DNA of 64,000 nucleotides from Alphaproteobacteria bacterium (GCA_964291415.2 OZ219920.1:96001-160000), one strand, 5' to 3'; positions 47,522 to 56,963 are shown, counted from the first letter of the stretch. A program made the numbers and translations. Notes: generated from the sequence alone by a model not told the origin.

Positions 47522-48310
47522 TCAGGCGGCCTCCGTGTCCACCGCATCGACGATATGGGCGAGGACGTCCTGCTTGGTCGCCGTGCCGCGGTCCAGGGTG
47601 GCGACAGCGCGACCGGAGCGCATCACCATGATCCGGTCGGCAATCCTGAAGACGTGATCGAGATTGTGGCTGATGACAATGAGCGCGATTCCCTGTTGCT
47701 TGAGGTTCTGCATCAGCATGAGGGTGTTGCGCGTCTCTTCGGCGCCCAGCGCCGCTGTCGGCTCGTCCATGACGAGGATCTTGAGATCGGTGGCATAGAT
47801 CGCCCGGGCGATCGCCACTGCCTGACGCTGACCACCGGACAAATGATGGGTGGCGACGTGAATGTCCTCCAGTTCGATGCCCACCTGCTCCTTGAGGACG
47901 CGAGCCGCTTCCGTGGCCATGCGGGTGTTGTCGAGAAAGGTGAGACCGAGAAACCGGCGCTTGAGTTCGTGGCCCAGAAACACGTTGCCCGCGGCATCGA
48001 GGCTGTCGACCAGGCCGAGGTCCTGGTAGACGGCCTCGATTCCAATTTGCCGCGATTGCCTCTTGTTCGTGATCGAAACCGGCCGCCCTTCCATTCGGAT
48101 TTCGCCCTCGTCGAGCTCATGGACTCCGGTCAGGACCTTGATGAGGGTCGACTTCCCGGCGCCATTGTCGCCGACAATTGCGAGCGCCTCGCCTGCATTC
48201 AGATGCAGACTGACGTCGGCAACTGCCATGACACCGCCGAAATGCTTCGAAATCGAGTGCATTTCCAGCAGGGGCGAGTCACTCCGAACGGAAGGAGAAG
48301 GCTGGTTCAT
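47522..48310 (-). CDS. Sugar-type (CUT2) ABC transporter ATP-binding protein, single domain
   Basis: Walker A 'GDNGAGKST', 'VYQDL', signature 'LSGGQRQ', Walker B 'VMDEPT', 'ISHN'. Confidence 0.92.
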   Translation of the reverse strand: MNQPSPSVRSDSPLLEMHSISKHFGGVMAVADVSLHLNAGEALAIVGDNGAGKSTLIKVLTGVHELDEGEIRMEGRPVSITNKRQSRQIGIEAVYQDLGLVDSLDAAGNVFLGHELKRRFLGLTFLDNTRMATEAARVLKEQVGIELEDIHVATHHLSGGQRQAVAIARAIYATDLKILVMDEPTAALGAEETRNTLMLMQNLKQQGIALIVISHNLDHVFRIADRIMVMRSGRAVATLDRGTATKQDVLAHIVDAVDTEAA

Positions 48311-48323
48311 CGATCAGAACGCC

Positions 48324-49466
48324 TCAGCGCTCCAGGGTGCCGATACCCGTGTACCGGAACGCTTCGCGCTCCATCGCGTCCACGACGTCGGCTCCCGTCT
48401 CGCCGCTGACGATGGTGATCCGGCCGAGAATGACCAGCGGGATGTCGTCGGTACGACCTTCCACATGGGCACGCACGACCTCCGCGGTTGCGACGCCCAC
48501 ATCGTCGCTCATCCGCATCGGCGTCGCCCAGAGTTCACCGTGGCGCAGCGCCTCGAGCTCGTCGCCCGTGCCGCCCCACGCCGTCACCTTGACGTCACTG
48601 CCGGCCTCCTGCACCGCGGAGATCGAGCCCATCGCCATGGCGGTGTTGGCATTGTGAATGAGTTCGACTTCCGGATAGGCCTGCAGGATCTGCTGCGTGC
48701 CGGTATAGCCGCGCTCACGCTCGAAATTGCCATAGTGCTCGTAAGCGACTTCCCAGTTGCTCTGGCTGGTGACGCACTCCTTGAACCCGCCCGAACGCTG
48801 ATCGTCGATCGCACCGGGAATGCCGCGCACCAGTGCCATCGTGCCCTCGGTGCCAAGATTCTCGAGGACATAGTCACACATGATCAGGGCGCCGGCGAGA
48901 TGCGAGAAGCTCAGGTATGCCAGCGGCTGCGTGCTGCCCCAGTCCTGCGGCACCACCGTAAAGTTCCAGACGATCACCTCGGTGTCCGGCTTGTCGATGA
49001 GCCGCTTGATGTTGTCCTGCTGGACTCGCAGTTCGGTCGGGCCGAAGACGACGTAATCGAAGTCCTCCTGCTCGACCTGATCCGTGTAGGTCGCCTGGAT
49101 CACGTGATCGCCGACATCCGAGGCATACTGCGTGTCAACGGCGGGAAGGCCGATCTCCTCGAGGCGTTTCATCATCGCCTGATAGTTGCGCAGCCAGAAG
49201 TCCGACACATCCTGGCTCGGATAGATGAAGGCGATCTTGACCGGTTCGGTCGGAGGATTCGCCATCGCCTCGCCGGACTCGCCGACGATGGCCTGGAATG
49301 CTGCCAGATTGTCCGCGTCGGTGACTTCGTAGTACTCCCAGTAACCTTCCTCACCGGAACCCTCGAGATCGGCCAGCGCCGGGATCTCGCGTGCCTCGGT
49401 GGCAACGGTGAAGCCGGCGCATAGAGCCAGCCCCGCAACGCTTGCGAGAAGGGTTTTCGATTGCAT
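48324..49466 (-). CDS. Periplasmic binding protein, LuxP (AI-2 receptor)-like
   Basis: Signal peptide; 'GYWEY', 'PVKIAFIYPSQDVSDFWLRN', 'W...QPL.Y..F.H..G', 'DQR', 'WGG...EL.A...G.L..T.MRM.DD.G.A.AE', 'EAFRY' parallel Vibrio LuxP as recalled. Confidence 0.8.
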   Translation of the reverse strand: MQSKTLLASVAGLALCAGFTVATEAREIPALADLEGSGEEGYWEYYEVTDADNLAAFQAIVGESGEAMANPPTEPVKIAFIYPSQDVSDFWLRNYQAMMKRLEEIGLPAVDTQYASDVGDHVIQATYTDQVEQEDFDYVVFGPTELRVQQDNIKRLIDKPDTEVIVWNFTVVPQDWGSTQPLAYLSFSHLAGALIMCDYVLENLGTEGTMALVRGIPGAIDDQRSGGFKECVTSQSNWEVAYEHYGNFERERGYTGTQQILQAYPEVELIHNANTAMAMGSISAVQEAGSDVKVTAWGGTGDELEALRHGELWATPMRMSDDVGVATAEVVRAHVEGRTDDIPLVILGRITIVSGETGADVVDAMEREAFRYTGIGTLER

Positions 49467-49517
49467 GATGTTCCTCTCTTTCAATGCACAGTGTCGTGTT
49501 GGTTGAAAATGCAGCGG

Positions 49518-50558
49518 TCACGAGCGCCCGCCGCGTGCGCGTCTGAACAGTCCTGAAAGGCCTCCCCTGCCCGAATCCTGCAGGGCTGCATAGAAGGCGA
49601 CGGACGATATGATGATCAGGCCCGCCGCAACCTGCTGCCAGAAGAAGTCAAGCCGCAACATCACCAGCGCGTTGACCACCATGGAGAGCAGCAGAACACC
49701 GACCAGCGTGCCCGTCATGGACCCGCGGCCGCCGAACAGCGACGTTCCACCGACGACAACGGCAGCGATCGTGTGAAGGGTCAATCCCATGCCGGCCGTG
49801 GCCTGAATCGCGTTGAGACGGCCTGTGAGCAGGATACCCGCCAGACCGGCAAGACCGCCCAGCAGCATGTACTGGTAGATCTTGTGCCGGTGGACATCGA
49901 TTCCCGTGAGGACCGCGGCTTCGGTGTTGCCGCCGATGGCCACGGCGTAGCGGCCCAGAGGAGTGTACCGGTAGAGAACAAAGCCGACAGCGATCGCGAC
50001 CACCCCGATAACGGCAGCGATCGGTATCATCTCGAAGACGCGTCCCCGTCCGATCCAGGTCAGCGGGTCGGGAAATCTCGACAGCACGACGCCAGCGGCA
50101 AGGACAAGCGCGAACCCGCGGAAGACAAGATCGGTTGACAGCGTCGCAATCAGATCGGGCACCCGCAACTTGGTGACGACGAAGCCGTTCACCAGGCCAC
50201 AGGCGATCCCGACCAGGATGGCCACAGCCATGCCGAGGAAGACGTTGAGTCCGGCGTCCTTGATCAGCATGGCCATGATGACCGCAGAGAGCGCCGCAAT
50301 CGAGCCGACAGACAGATCGATTCCACGGCCGGTGATGACCAGCGTCATGCCCATGGCCAGGACCATGAAGATGGATGCGTCCTGCAGGATGATCATCAGG
50401 TTCTGCAGGCGGAAGAAGCGCGGATCGGCAAAGGCCATGACCAGACAAAGCGCCATGATCATGACCAGTGGGCCAAGTATGTTGACGGAACGCTCTGCCC
50501 ACGGAATCTCGCGTCGCCGAGATCCTGTCGCCGGCGAACTCTCCGGAAGGCTGACCAT
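49518..50558 (-). CDS. Sugar-type ABC transporter permease (RbsC-like)
   Basis: 'GMTLVI...GIDLSVGS', 'G.VNG', 'IATL', 'GR...AIGGN.EAA.L.GI', 'IAAVVVGGTSL.GG.G'. Confidence 0.92.
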   Translation of the reverse strand: MVSLPESSPATGSRRREIPWAERSVNILGPLVMIMALCLVMAFADPRFFRLQNLMIILQDASIFMVLAMGMTLVITGRGIDLSVGSIAALSAVIMAMLIKDAGLNVFLGMAVAILVGIACGLVNGFVVTKLRVPDLIATLSTDLVFRGFALVLAAGVVLSRFPDPLTWIGRGRVFEMIPIAAVIGVVAIAVGFVLYRYTPLGRYAVAIGGNTEAAVLTGIDVHRHKIYQYMLLGGLAGLAGILLTGRLNAIQATAGMGLTLHTIAAVVVGGTSLFGGRGSMTGTLVGVLLLSMVVNALVMLRLDFFWQQVAAGLIIISSVAFYAALQDSGRGGLSGLFRRARGGRS

Positions 50559-50757
50559 TCCGTACCTGTCTTGCCGAGAACAACTGGTCCCTGATGCTTT
50601 CACCGGCATTCCTGCAAGTCAAGGACATGCGACGGTGGGGCAGAAGGGACGCTGCCTGCCGGAGAGAACCCTGCGACGTCTCGGGAGTCCCCGTGTTGAA
50701 ACAAGCGCCCCGGAACGCCATGTTACGGGTGTTTTCAGGACATGAATCTCCCCGACC

Positions 50758-51486
50758 ATGGACAGCAGAGCGCAGGAGGAGGTGCCAGACCCGCAAGGGG
50801 GCGTTGCCGCGCGACTGTTCGGGGTGCTTTCGCAGTTCATCGCATCCGAATTCCTGTCGTTCGGAGGCGGTACGGTCCTGGCTGCCCGGTGGCGCCACCG
50901 TCGTTCTCTGGACGTGGACCTGTTCTGCGAACCGCACGCCTACGACGGCCTGGGGCCGGTTGGCCGGGAGCGCCTGGAGGCCGCGATCAAGACGATACCG
51001 GGTTGCGCGGAGGAACCTACCTGGTGCGATTCCATTGCGACCTATGCCGAGATCGATGGTCTCGAGGCCACCCTGTTGCCCAGGACCACGGTGATCGTGT
51101 CTGCCCGACCGACCAGACTGGCCGGGACCCGACTTGCACTGCAGTCCAGTGCCCAGATCCTGTATGCCAAGATTTCGAGAAGGATGTATGCCGGAGGCGA
51201 GATAGCCGCGCGCGACGCCTACGATCTCGCTTGCGCCAGACGGTTCGATCTTTCGGCGCTTCAGCGTGCCCTGGGCAATGTCGATCCCCGGGAGATCCAT
51301 GTAGTCCGGGAGATTATCCGGACGATTCCAGAGGGACGATTGATCGATGACGGAGTCAAGCCGGTCATTGAGCCGTGTTTTGAGTGGACCGGAGAGGCGT
51401 TGAAGGAAGCCGTGCTCGAGGCGCTCGGTGTTCCGCCTACCCCACGAGACATGCCGCCTCCGGAAGACAAGGGTCCAGGGCCATGA
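50758..51486 (+). CDS. AbiEii/AbiGii-type nucleotidyltransferase (type IV TA toxin family)
   Basis: 'FGGGTVLAARW.HR.S.DVDLF', 'I..AKI..R', 'RDAYD'. Confidence 0.82.
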   Translation: MDSRAQEEVPDPQGGVAARLFGVLSQFIASEFLSFGGGTVLAARWRHRRSLDVDLFCEPHAYDGLGPVGRERLEAAIKTIPGCAEEPTWCDSIATYAEIDGLEATLLPRTTVIVSARPTRLAGTRLALQSSAQILYAKISRRMYAGGEIAARDAYDLACARRFDLSALQRALGNVDPREIHVVREIIRTIPEGRLIDDGVKPVIEPCFEWTGEALKEAVLEALGVPPTPRDMPPPEDKGPGP

Positions 51487-51928
51487 GGCGTCGCCACGGA
51501 CATCTCGAGCGCGTGACGCTGCACGCACCCAATGCGTTCACCGAGTACACGCGCCTTTACAGCCATTGCTTCGCTGCGCCCCTGGCCGATGCAGAAGCCA
51601 TCGTCCGTCGGATTGCACGCAAGCACTGTGCCGGCATGGCCGGACCACGTCCGACAGGCGCCGGAATCCTTGCGGCGCTTTCCCGCACCATCCGCCGGAC
51701 GCAGACTGCGAGGACAGCAGGGCGATCTTCGCTCATCGCGGTGAACCCGGGATGCTGTTTCAATCTCGATGCGGATCACGCCGACCTCAATGCAGCGGCG
51801 AACATTCTGGCCTTGGGGACTGGGGCATCTGCGCGGGGACTGCGAACCGCGAAATCGATCGGAAGATGGCAGCGTGACGCTGTCAATCCAAAGGTCCAGG
51901 GCCATGAGGCGTCGCCACGGACATCTCG
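51472..51928 (+). repeat. Perfect 36-bp direct repeat (51472-51507 and 51893-51928)
   Basis: 'ggtccagggccatgaggcgtcgccacggacatctcg' occurs twice; copy 1 spans the nucleotidyltransferase stop codon. Confidence 0.93.
51725..51840 (+). mobile_element. TnpB (IS200/IS605) C-terminal relic
   Basis: 'LIAVNPG...DHADLNAAANILALGTGASARG' retains the RuvC-III 'D.NAA.NI' motif; the Zn-finger segment is missing. Confidence 0.7.
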
Positions 51929-52263
51929 CCATGCGTTCACCACACGCGAATGTGCAGTTCTCGTGACCTGTTGCGGAGTACGCATCGAGGACCTGGCTCA
52001 CCATGTGCGGGTGCGGAGTCAGCAGCGGCCGGCCATCGTGCGATTCCTCAACCAGTTCGCCATCATGCCCGAAACGGAGCCACGCTGATCGGCCATGCTC
52101 GCGTGTCGACACCCGACCGGCAAGGGGCTTCAGAGACCGGACGATACCCATTTCAACTGCCTTGGACCGGATGATCGGGCCCACTGTCCTTTCGGCCGAA
52201 CGAGGACAGGCTCGCACCAGGTGGCGCGGTTGCCGGAACGGTTTGTTTCCCGGGACATACGCC

Positions 52264-53007
52264 ATGCCTGAAGCCGTGATCAGCGACCTTCAACAGCGCC
52301 TTGACGCCGCGGCGGACGTTGCCAGGAAGGAATGGTTCGAGGCCTATCTCAAGCATGTGATCGAGTACCGTGGGGTGCCGATGCCCGAGGTCGTGCGCAC
52401 TGTCTCCCTGTGGCGAAAGGAGTGCGGGCTCGATGGTCTTGCGCGGGCCGATCAACTCGATGTGGCCGTCTCGCTCATCGCCTGCGCCCATGCCGAGGAC
52501 AAGTTCGCCGGGATGGTCTACATGCAGAAGTACCTGGTGCGACACCTGCCGACGGAGCGGATCCTGGAGGCGTCCGAGGACCTGTTCGCGAGGGGCGCAT
52601 TCTGCAACTGGGCGACAAGCGACGGATACAGCATGCGTGTGCTCGGTCCGCTGATCCGTCGCGGCGGGCGTGGAGTGGCCCGACGAATCGCCGGCTGGCG
52701 CACCGCGGCCGATCTCTGGCAGCGCCGAGGTTCCATCGTTCCATTCAGGGCGGTGGTGAGCGACCCGTCGTACCACCCGCTCATCGGGGAGGTCATCGCG
52801 GTGCTGGTGAAGGAACGGGAACGGTTCATCCAGACCGGCATCGGCTGGGTTGTCAGCGACATGGCAAAGGTTCATCCGGACGCTGCGGGGACCCTGGTGG
52901 AGCGGCACCTTGACGAACTCTCGTCCGAGGTCATCCGGCGCCATACACGGCACTTCCCCGATCACGAACGGTTCAGGGACATGAAACGCAGGCAGGAACG
53001 CCCGTAG
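52264..53007 (+). CDS. DNA alkylation repair protein (AlkD-like HEAT-repeat glycosylase)
   Basis: 'YLK....YRGV.MP', 'NWATSD', 'W.....LWQRR', 'FIQ.GIGW...D'. Confidence 0.82.
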   Translation: MPEAVISDLQQRLDAAADVARKEWFEAYLKHVIEYRGVPMPEVVRTVSLWRKECGLDGLARADQLDVAVSLIACAHAEDKFAGMVYMQKYLVRHLPTERILEASEDLFARGAFCNWATSDGYSMRVLGPLIRRGGRGVARRIAGWRTAADLWQRRGSIVPFRAVVSDPSYHPLIGEVIAVLVKERERFIQTGIGWVVSDMAKVHPDAAGTLVERHLDELSSEVIRRHTRHFPDHERFRDMKRRQERP

Positions 53008-53087
53008 CACGGAACCGGAGAAGGAGCGCCGTTGACAGGGAGGCGCATGATGGAGCGTGCAAGGGCGGCAAGAGGAAGGGGTGAGCT

Positions 53088-55133
53088 ATGGTCAATCTCG
53101 TTGCCGAGGCTGAAGGACTTGTCGTTCGCCAGTCGTTCCCGCACCGCATCCGGGTGATTGATCACCAGTGGATCCCGCTCTCCGACGGGGTCAGGCTGGC
53201 TGCCCGGATATGGCTTCCGCAGGATGCCGAGCGCCATCCCGTGCCGGCGATCATCGAGTACATTCCCTACCGTCATCGCGACTTCACGCTGCCGCGCGAC
53301 GAGATGATCCATCCATGGTTCGCAGGCCACGGCTACGCTGCCATCCGCCTCGACATTCGCGGGTCGGGAAACTCCGAAGGGCTGCCCATGGACGAATACG
53401 TGGTCCGCGAACAGGACGACATGCTCGAGGCCCTTGCCTGGATCGCCGCACAGGACTGGTGCACCGGCACCTGCGGCATGATCGGCATCTCCTGGGGCGG
53501 CTTCAGCGCCCTGCAGACGGCCTTCCGGGGGCCACCCGAACTCGGCGCCGTCATCACGCTGTGTTCGACGGACGACCGATTTGCGGACGATGTCCACTAC
53601 ATGTCCGGCTGTCTGCTGCGCAACAACCTCGCCTGGGGCGGCCAGGCGTTCGCCTATGCGGCCCGTCCACCCGACCCCGCCATCGTCGGCGACGCCTGGA
53701 AGGCCATGTGGCGCGAGCGGCTCGACAACCTCCCTTTCCATACCGCCGAGTGGCTGTCGCACCAGCGGCGTGACGCCTACTGGAAACACGGGTCCGTGGC
53801 CGAGGACTTCAGCGCCATCCGCTGTCCGGTCTACGCCGTATCCGGGTGGGCCGACGGCTACACGAACACCGTGCTCAAGATCATGGCCGGGCTCGACGTG
53901 CCCCGCCGCTGCCTCATCGGACCCTGGGCGCACGCCTATCCGAACCTGGGCGTTCCCGGTCCTGCGGTCGGCTTTCTCCAGGACTGCCTGCGCTGGTGGG
54001 ACCGCTGGCTCAAGGGGATCGACAACGGTATCGACCGGGAGCCGGCGGTGCGCCTGTGGCTCCAGGATCCGGCGCCGCCGGCAACGCACATGACCAGGCG
54101 GTCCGGACGCTGGATCGGCATGGCAGACTGGCCGCCGGCGGATGGCGGCGAAGAGACCTGGTGGCTCGATGCCGGGGGGGTTCTGGGAAGCGAGCCCGGC
54201 GACGGTCTGGCGGAGGTGGCGACACCCCTTGTCACCGGCATGATGACGGGGGAGTGGAATCCCCACGGCATCGGCCCTGAGCTTCCCGGGGATCAACGAA
54301 GCGACGATGCCCTTTCCCGGGTGTTCCTGACGCCGGGCGCCGGCGAGGACCTGGCGATCGTCGGACGCCCGCGCCTCAGACTGCGCCTGGCATCCAGCAG
54401 GCCGACAGGCACCGTCGTCGCCCGCCTCGTGGGTGTGGCAGGCAATGGTTCATCGACCCTGATCACGTGGGGGTGTCTCAACCTTGCCCACCGCACCGGC
54501 CACGAGAACCCCGAGCCCATGGAACCCGGTGTCTTCACCGATGTCGTCGTCACCATGAATGCCATCGCCCAGGTCGTGCCCGCGGACTGGCGTCTGCGTC
54601 TGGCTCTCTCCTGCGGCAGCTGGCCTCTGCTGTGGCCGGCGCCCGAGACGAACCGGCTGACGATCGACTGCGGCGCCAGCGCCCTCGTTCTTCCCCTCCG
54701 TTCCGGCAAGGAGGACGACATGGAACTGGCGGACCTTGGGGACGCGGAAATCGCTCCCCAACCCGATCTTGACTGGCTGCGTCCATTCAGCCGGTCACGC
54801 CGGTTCGTCACCGACGTCGAAACCGGCGCGACGACCCTGGTTCTGGAAAAGGACGACGGGGCCTACAGGATCAACAGTCACGGCCTCGTGGTCGAACAGG
54901 CGGGCACGGAACTCCAGTCGATCACCGAGGGTGAACCACTCTCCAGCCGCGGCGAGGTGCGCTGGAAGCTGGGGCTGTCGAGAGATGACTGGCAGACCTC
55001 CGTCGAAGCCGTCACGACACTGGCCTGCGACTCTGCAACCTTCCTCGTCACCGCGGAGATCACAGCCCGGGAGGGCAATGAAACCGTCTTCTCCCGGCGC
55101 CTGGAGAAGACCATACCGCGGGACAACATGTGA
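53088..55133 (+). CDS. CocE/NonD family hydrolase (peptidase S15 fold)
   Basis: 'DGVRLAARIW.P', 'EYIPYR', 'D.RGSG.SEG', nucleophile 'GISWGG', 'GWADGY', 'IGPW.H'. Confidence 0.9.
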   Translation: MVNLVAEAEGLVVRQSFPHRIRVIDHQWIPLSDGVRLAARIWLPQDAERHPVPAIIEYIPYRHRDFTLPRDEMIHPWFAGHGYAAIRLDIRGSGNSEGLPMDEYVVREQDDMLEALAWIAAQDWCTGTCGMIGISWGGFSALQTAFRGPPELGAVITLCSTDDRFADDVHYMSGCLLRNNLAWGGQAFAYAARPPDPAIVGDAWKAMWRERLDNLPFHTAEWLSHQRRDAYWKHGSVAEDFSAIRCPVYAVSGWADGYTNTVLKIMAGLDVPRRCLIGPWAHAYPNLGVPGPAVGFLQDCLRWWDRWLKGIDNGIDREPAVRLWLQDPAPPATHMTRRSGRWIGMADWPPADGGEETWWLDAGGVLGSEPGDGLAEVATPLVTGMMTGEWNPHGIGPELPGDQRSDDALSRVFLTPGAGEDLAIVGRPRLRLRLASSRPTGTVVARLVGVAGNGSSTLITWGCLNLAHRTGHENPEPMEPGVFTDVVVTMNAIAQVVPADWRLRLALSCGSWPLLWPAPETNRLTIDCGASALVLPLRSGKEDDMELADLGDAEIAPQPDLDWLRPFSRSRRFVTDVETGATTLVLEKDDGAYRINSHGLVVEQAGTELQSITEGEPLSSRGEVRWKLGLSRDDWQTSVEAVTTLACDSATFLVTAEITAREGNETVFSRRLEKTIPRDNM

Positions 55134-55174
55134 CGGTATCGGGGGCCGTCACGGCCGACGGTCCCCCGATACCG
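55134..55174. terminator. GC-rich hairpin between convergent genes (probable terminator)
   Basis: cggtatcggggg-ccgtc / gacgg-t-cccccgataccg inverted repeat immediately after the CocE stop; no clear U-tract. Confidence 0.6.
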
Positions 55175-55184
55175 CGAAACAGCG

Positions 55185-56795
55185 TCAGGTCGTGGCGTCG
55201 TCGAGCCAGACGTCCTCCCAGTACATCCAGCCGCCGAATCCGTGGGGATGGCCCTTGAGGTCCTTCACCCGCGAGGCATAGGCGTCGAGCCAGTTGGTGA
55301 AGACCGGCGTGATGGTCGCCCCCTCGTCGCGCATGATGATCTGGATTTCGCGATAGAGTTCGCGGCGCAGGGTCTCGTCCACCGTCTTGCGGGCTTCGAG
55401 GACCAGACTGTCGAACCTCTCGTGGGACCAGAAGCTCTCGTTCCACGAACCGCCCGAGATGTAGGCGATGGCGAGCATCAAATCGGCGGTCGGCCGGCCG
55501 TACCAGCTCGAACCGCACCACGGCACCTTCATCCACACGGCGCTCCAGTAACCGTCCGCCGGCACCTTCTTGACCGTCACGTTGGCGCCCGCCTCGTTCA
55601 TCAGCTCGGCCATGACGATGCTGGCGTTGGCGCCGCCGAAATTGTCATCCGAGGCATGGAGTTCGAAGGTGGCATTCTCCATGCCGGCTTCCTTCAGGTA
55701 CCAGGCCACCTTGTCCGGATCCCTCTCCAGGGCCTCGACGTCGGGAGCGAAGAAGGGATCGTGCTGCGGGATCGGATGGTCGCGACCGACCGTCCCGAGT
55801 CCGCCCCATCCGAGCTGCAGCATGCGTTCGCGGTCAATGGCGTGCTTGAGCGCCATGCGCACGTTGTTGTCGGTGTAGGGTGGTGTGTCGGCCCGCATCG
55901 GATAGGTCGGGTGGGCCCCGCCCGGCTGGTTCAGCACCTCGGCGTTGTCGGCCTCGTCGACGGAGGAGATGAGCTGGGGATCCAGCCCGATCATGATGTC
56001 GATCTCGTCCGACAGCAGCGCGTTCACCCGGGCGGAATTGTCCGGAATGCCGAAGCTCTCGATTTCGTCGACATAGGGACGCCCGGTGCGGTGGTAGTTG
56101 GGATGACGCTCGAAGACGGCGACGATCCCCGGGTCGAACTCCTTCACCATCCAGGGGCCGGTGCCGATGGCCTCGCCACGGGCGTAGCTGGCGTCGTCAG
56201 CGCCTTCAGGTTGCGCCGTGAAGTGGTACTCCGTCAGCAGGTACGGAACGTCCGCGTTGGGAGCCTTCATGTTGAAGACGACGTGGCCGGGACCGTCGGC
56301 GGTGATGGACTCGACATCGCCGAGATAGGCATTGGCCGGTGACCCGCCTTCGGGGTCGAGATGCCGGTTGAAGGAATAGGCGACATCAGCGGCGGTGAGC
56401 GTCTTGCCGTTGTGGAACTCGACACCCTCGAGGATCTCCATGGTCCACTGGGTGGCATCGCCGTTCGGTTCCCAGCTGGTTGCGAGGTTGCCGACAAGCC
56501 CCTCTCCGGGGATGTAGTCGATCAGCCGGTTGTAGAGCAGGCCGGAACGACCGATGTCGCTGCTGGCGACAATCTTCGTCGGGTCCAGGGTGTCCCCGGC
56601 GCTGCTGGTGGTGAATCCGGCCCGCAGCCTGCCACCGCTCTTGGGCGTTTCGGCGCGGGCATCGCGGCATGTGCTTGCGACAAGGGCGCCGGCAGCCGTG
56701 GCGGTGAAACCCATCGCAACGAGGCCATTGTGAAAGTCGCGGCGCGAGACCCTGCCTCCAAGGAACTCGCGAATCAGGACATCCTTCTTTTCCAT
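55185..56795 (-). CDS. ABC substrate-binding protein, family 5 (Dpp/Opp), Tat signal; paralogue A
   Basis: 'SRRDF' twin-arginine, 'TLDP', 'LA.SWE', 'V.FH.GK.LTAADV.YS', 'GTGP', 'DNNVR.ALK.AIDR', 'WNE'. Confidence 0.92.
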   Translation of the reverse strand: MEKKDVLIREFLGGRVSRRDFHNGLVAMGFTATAAGALVASTCRDARAETPKSGGRLRAGFTTSSAGDTLDPTKIVASSDIGRSGLLYNRLIDYIPGEGLVGNLATSWEPNGDATQWTMEILEGVEFHNGKTLTAADVAYSFNRHLDPEGGSPANAYLGDVESITADGPGHVVFNMKAPNADVPYLLTEYHFTAQPEGADDASYARGEAIGTGPWMVKEFDPGIVAVFERHPNYHRTGRPYVDEIESFGIPDNSARVNALLSDEIDIMIGLDPQLISSVDEADNAEVLNQPGGAHPTYPMRADTPPYTDNNVRMALKHAIDRERMLQLGWGGLGTVGRDHPIPQHDPFFAPDVEALERDPDKVAWYLKEAGMENATFELHASDDNFGGANASIVMAELMNEAGANVTVKKVPADGYWSAVWMKVPWCGSSWYGRPTADLMLAIAYISGGSWNESFWSHERFDSLVLEARKTVDETLRRELYREIQIIMRDEGATITPVFTNWLDAYASRVKDLKGHPHGFGGWMYWEDVWLDDATT

Positions 56796-56894
56796 CCCCA
56801 GTCTCCCTGATGGTGCTGTGGCGCGGAACTCCCGCGCCTTGCTTCCCATGGTGGACGTTTGGACGTCGCCGTCAACATTGCCCCGGCATGGAAA

Positions 56895-56958
56895 GGGCGC
56901 ATGAACACGTCATGCGCCCCTTCAAAGGGAAGCGGGCCGGACTGCGTGCCGGCCCGCT
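56895..56958. terminator. Two 10-bp-stem hairpins between the tandem SBP genes
   Basis: gggcgcatga-acacg-tcatgcgccc and agcgggccgg-actgcgtg-ccggcccgct; terminator or mRNA-stabilising elements. Confidence 0.55.
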
Positions 56959-56963
56959 CGCCG

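Noticed and set aside
48324-49466. Lsr-type AI-2 operon (lsrACDB)
   Set aside because: The binding protein resembles LuxP rather than LsrB, there is one permease and a single-domain ATPase, and lsrK, lsrR, lsrF and lsrG are absent.
51472-51928. 36-bp repeats as a CRISPR array
   Set aside because: Only two copies, separated by 385 nt, and no cas genes.
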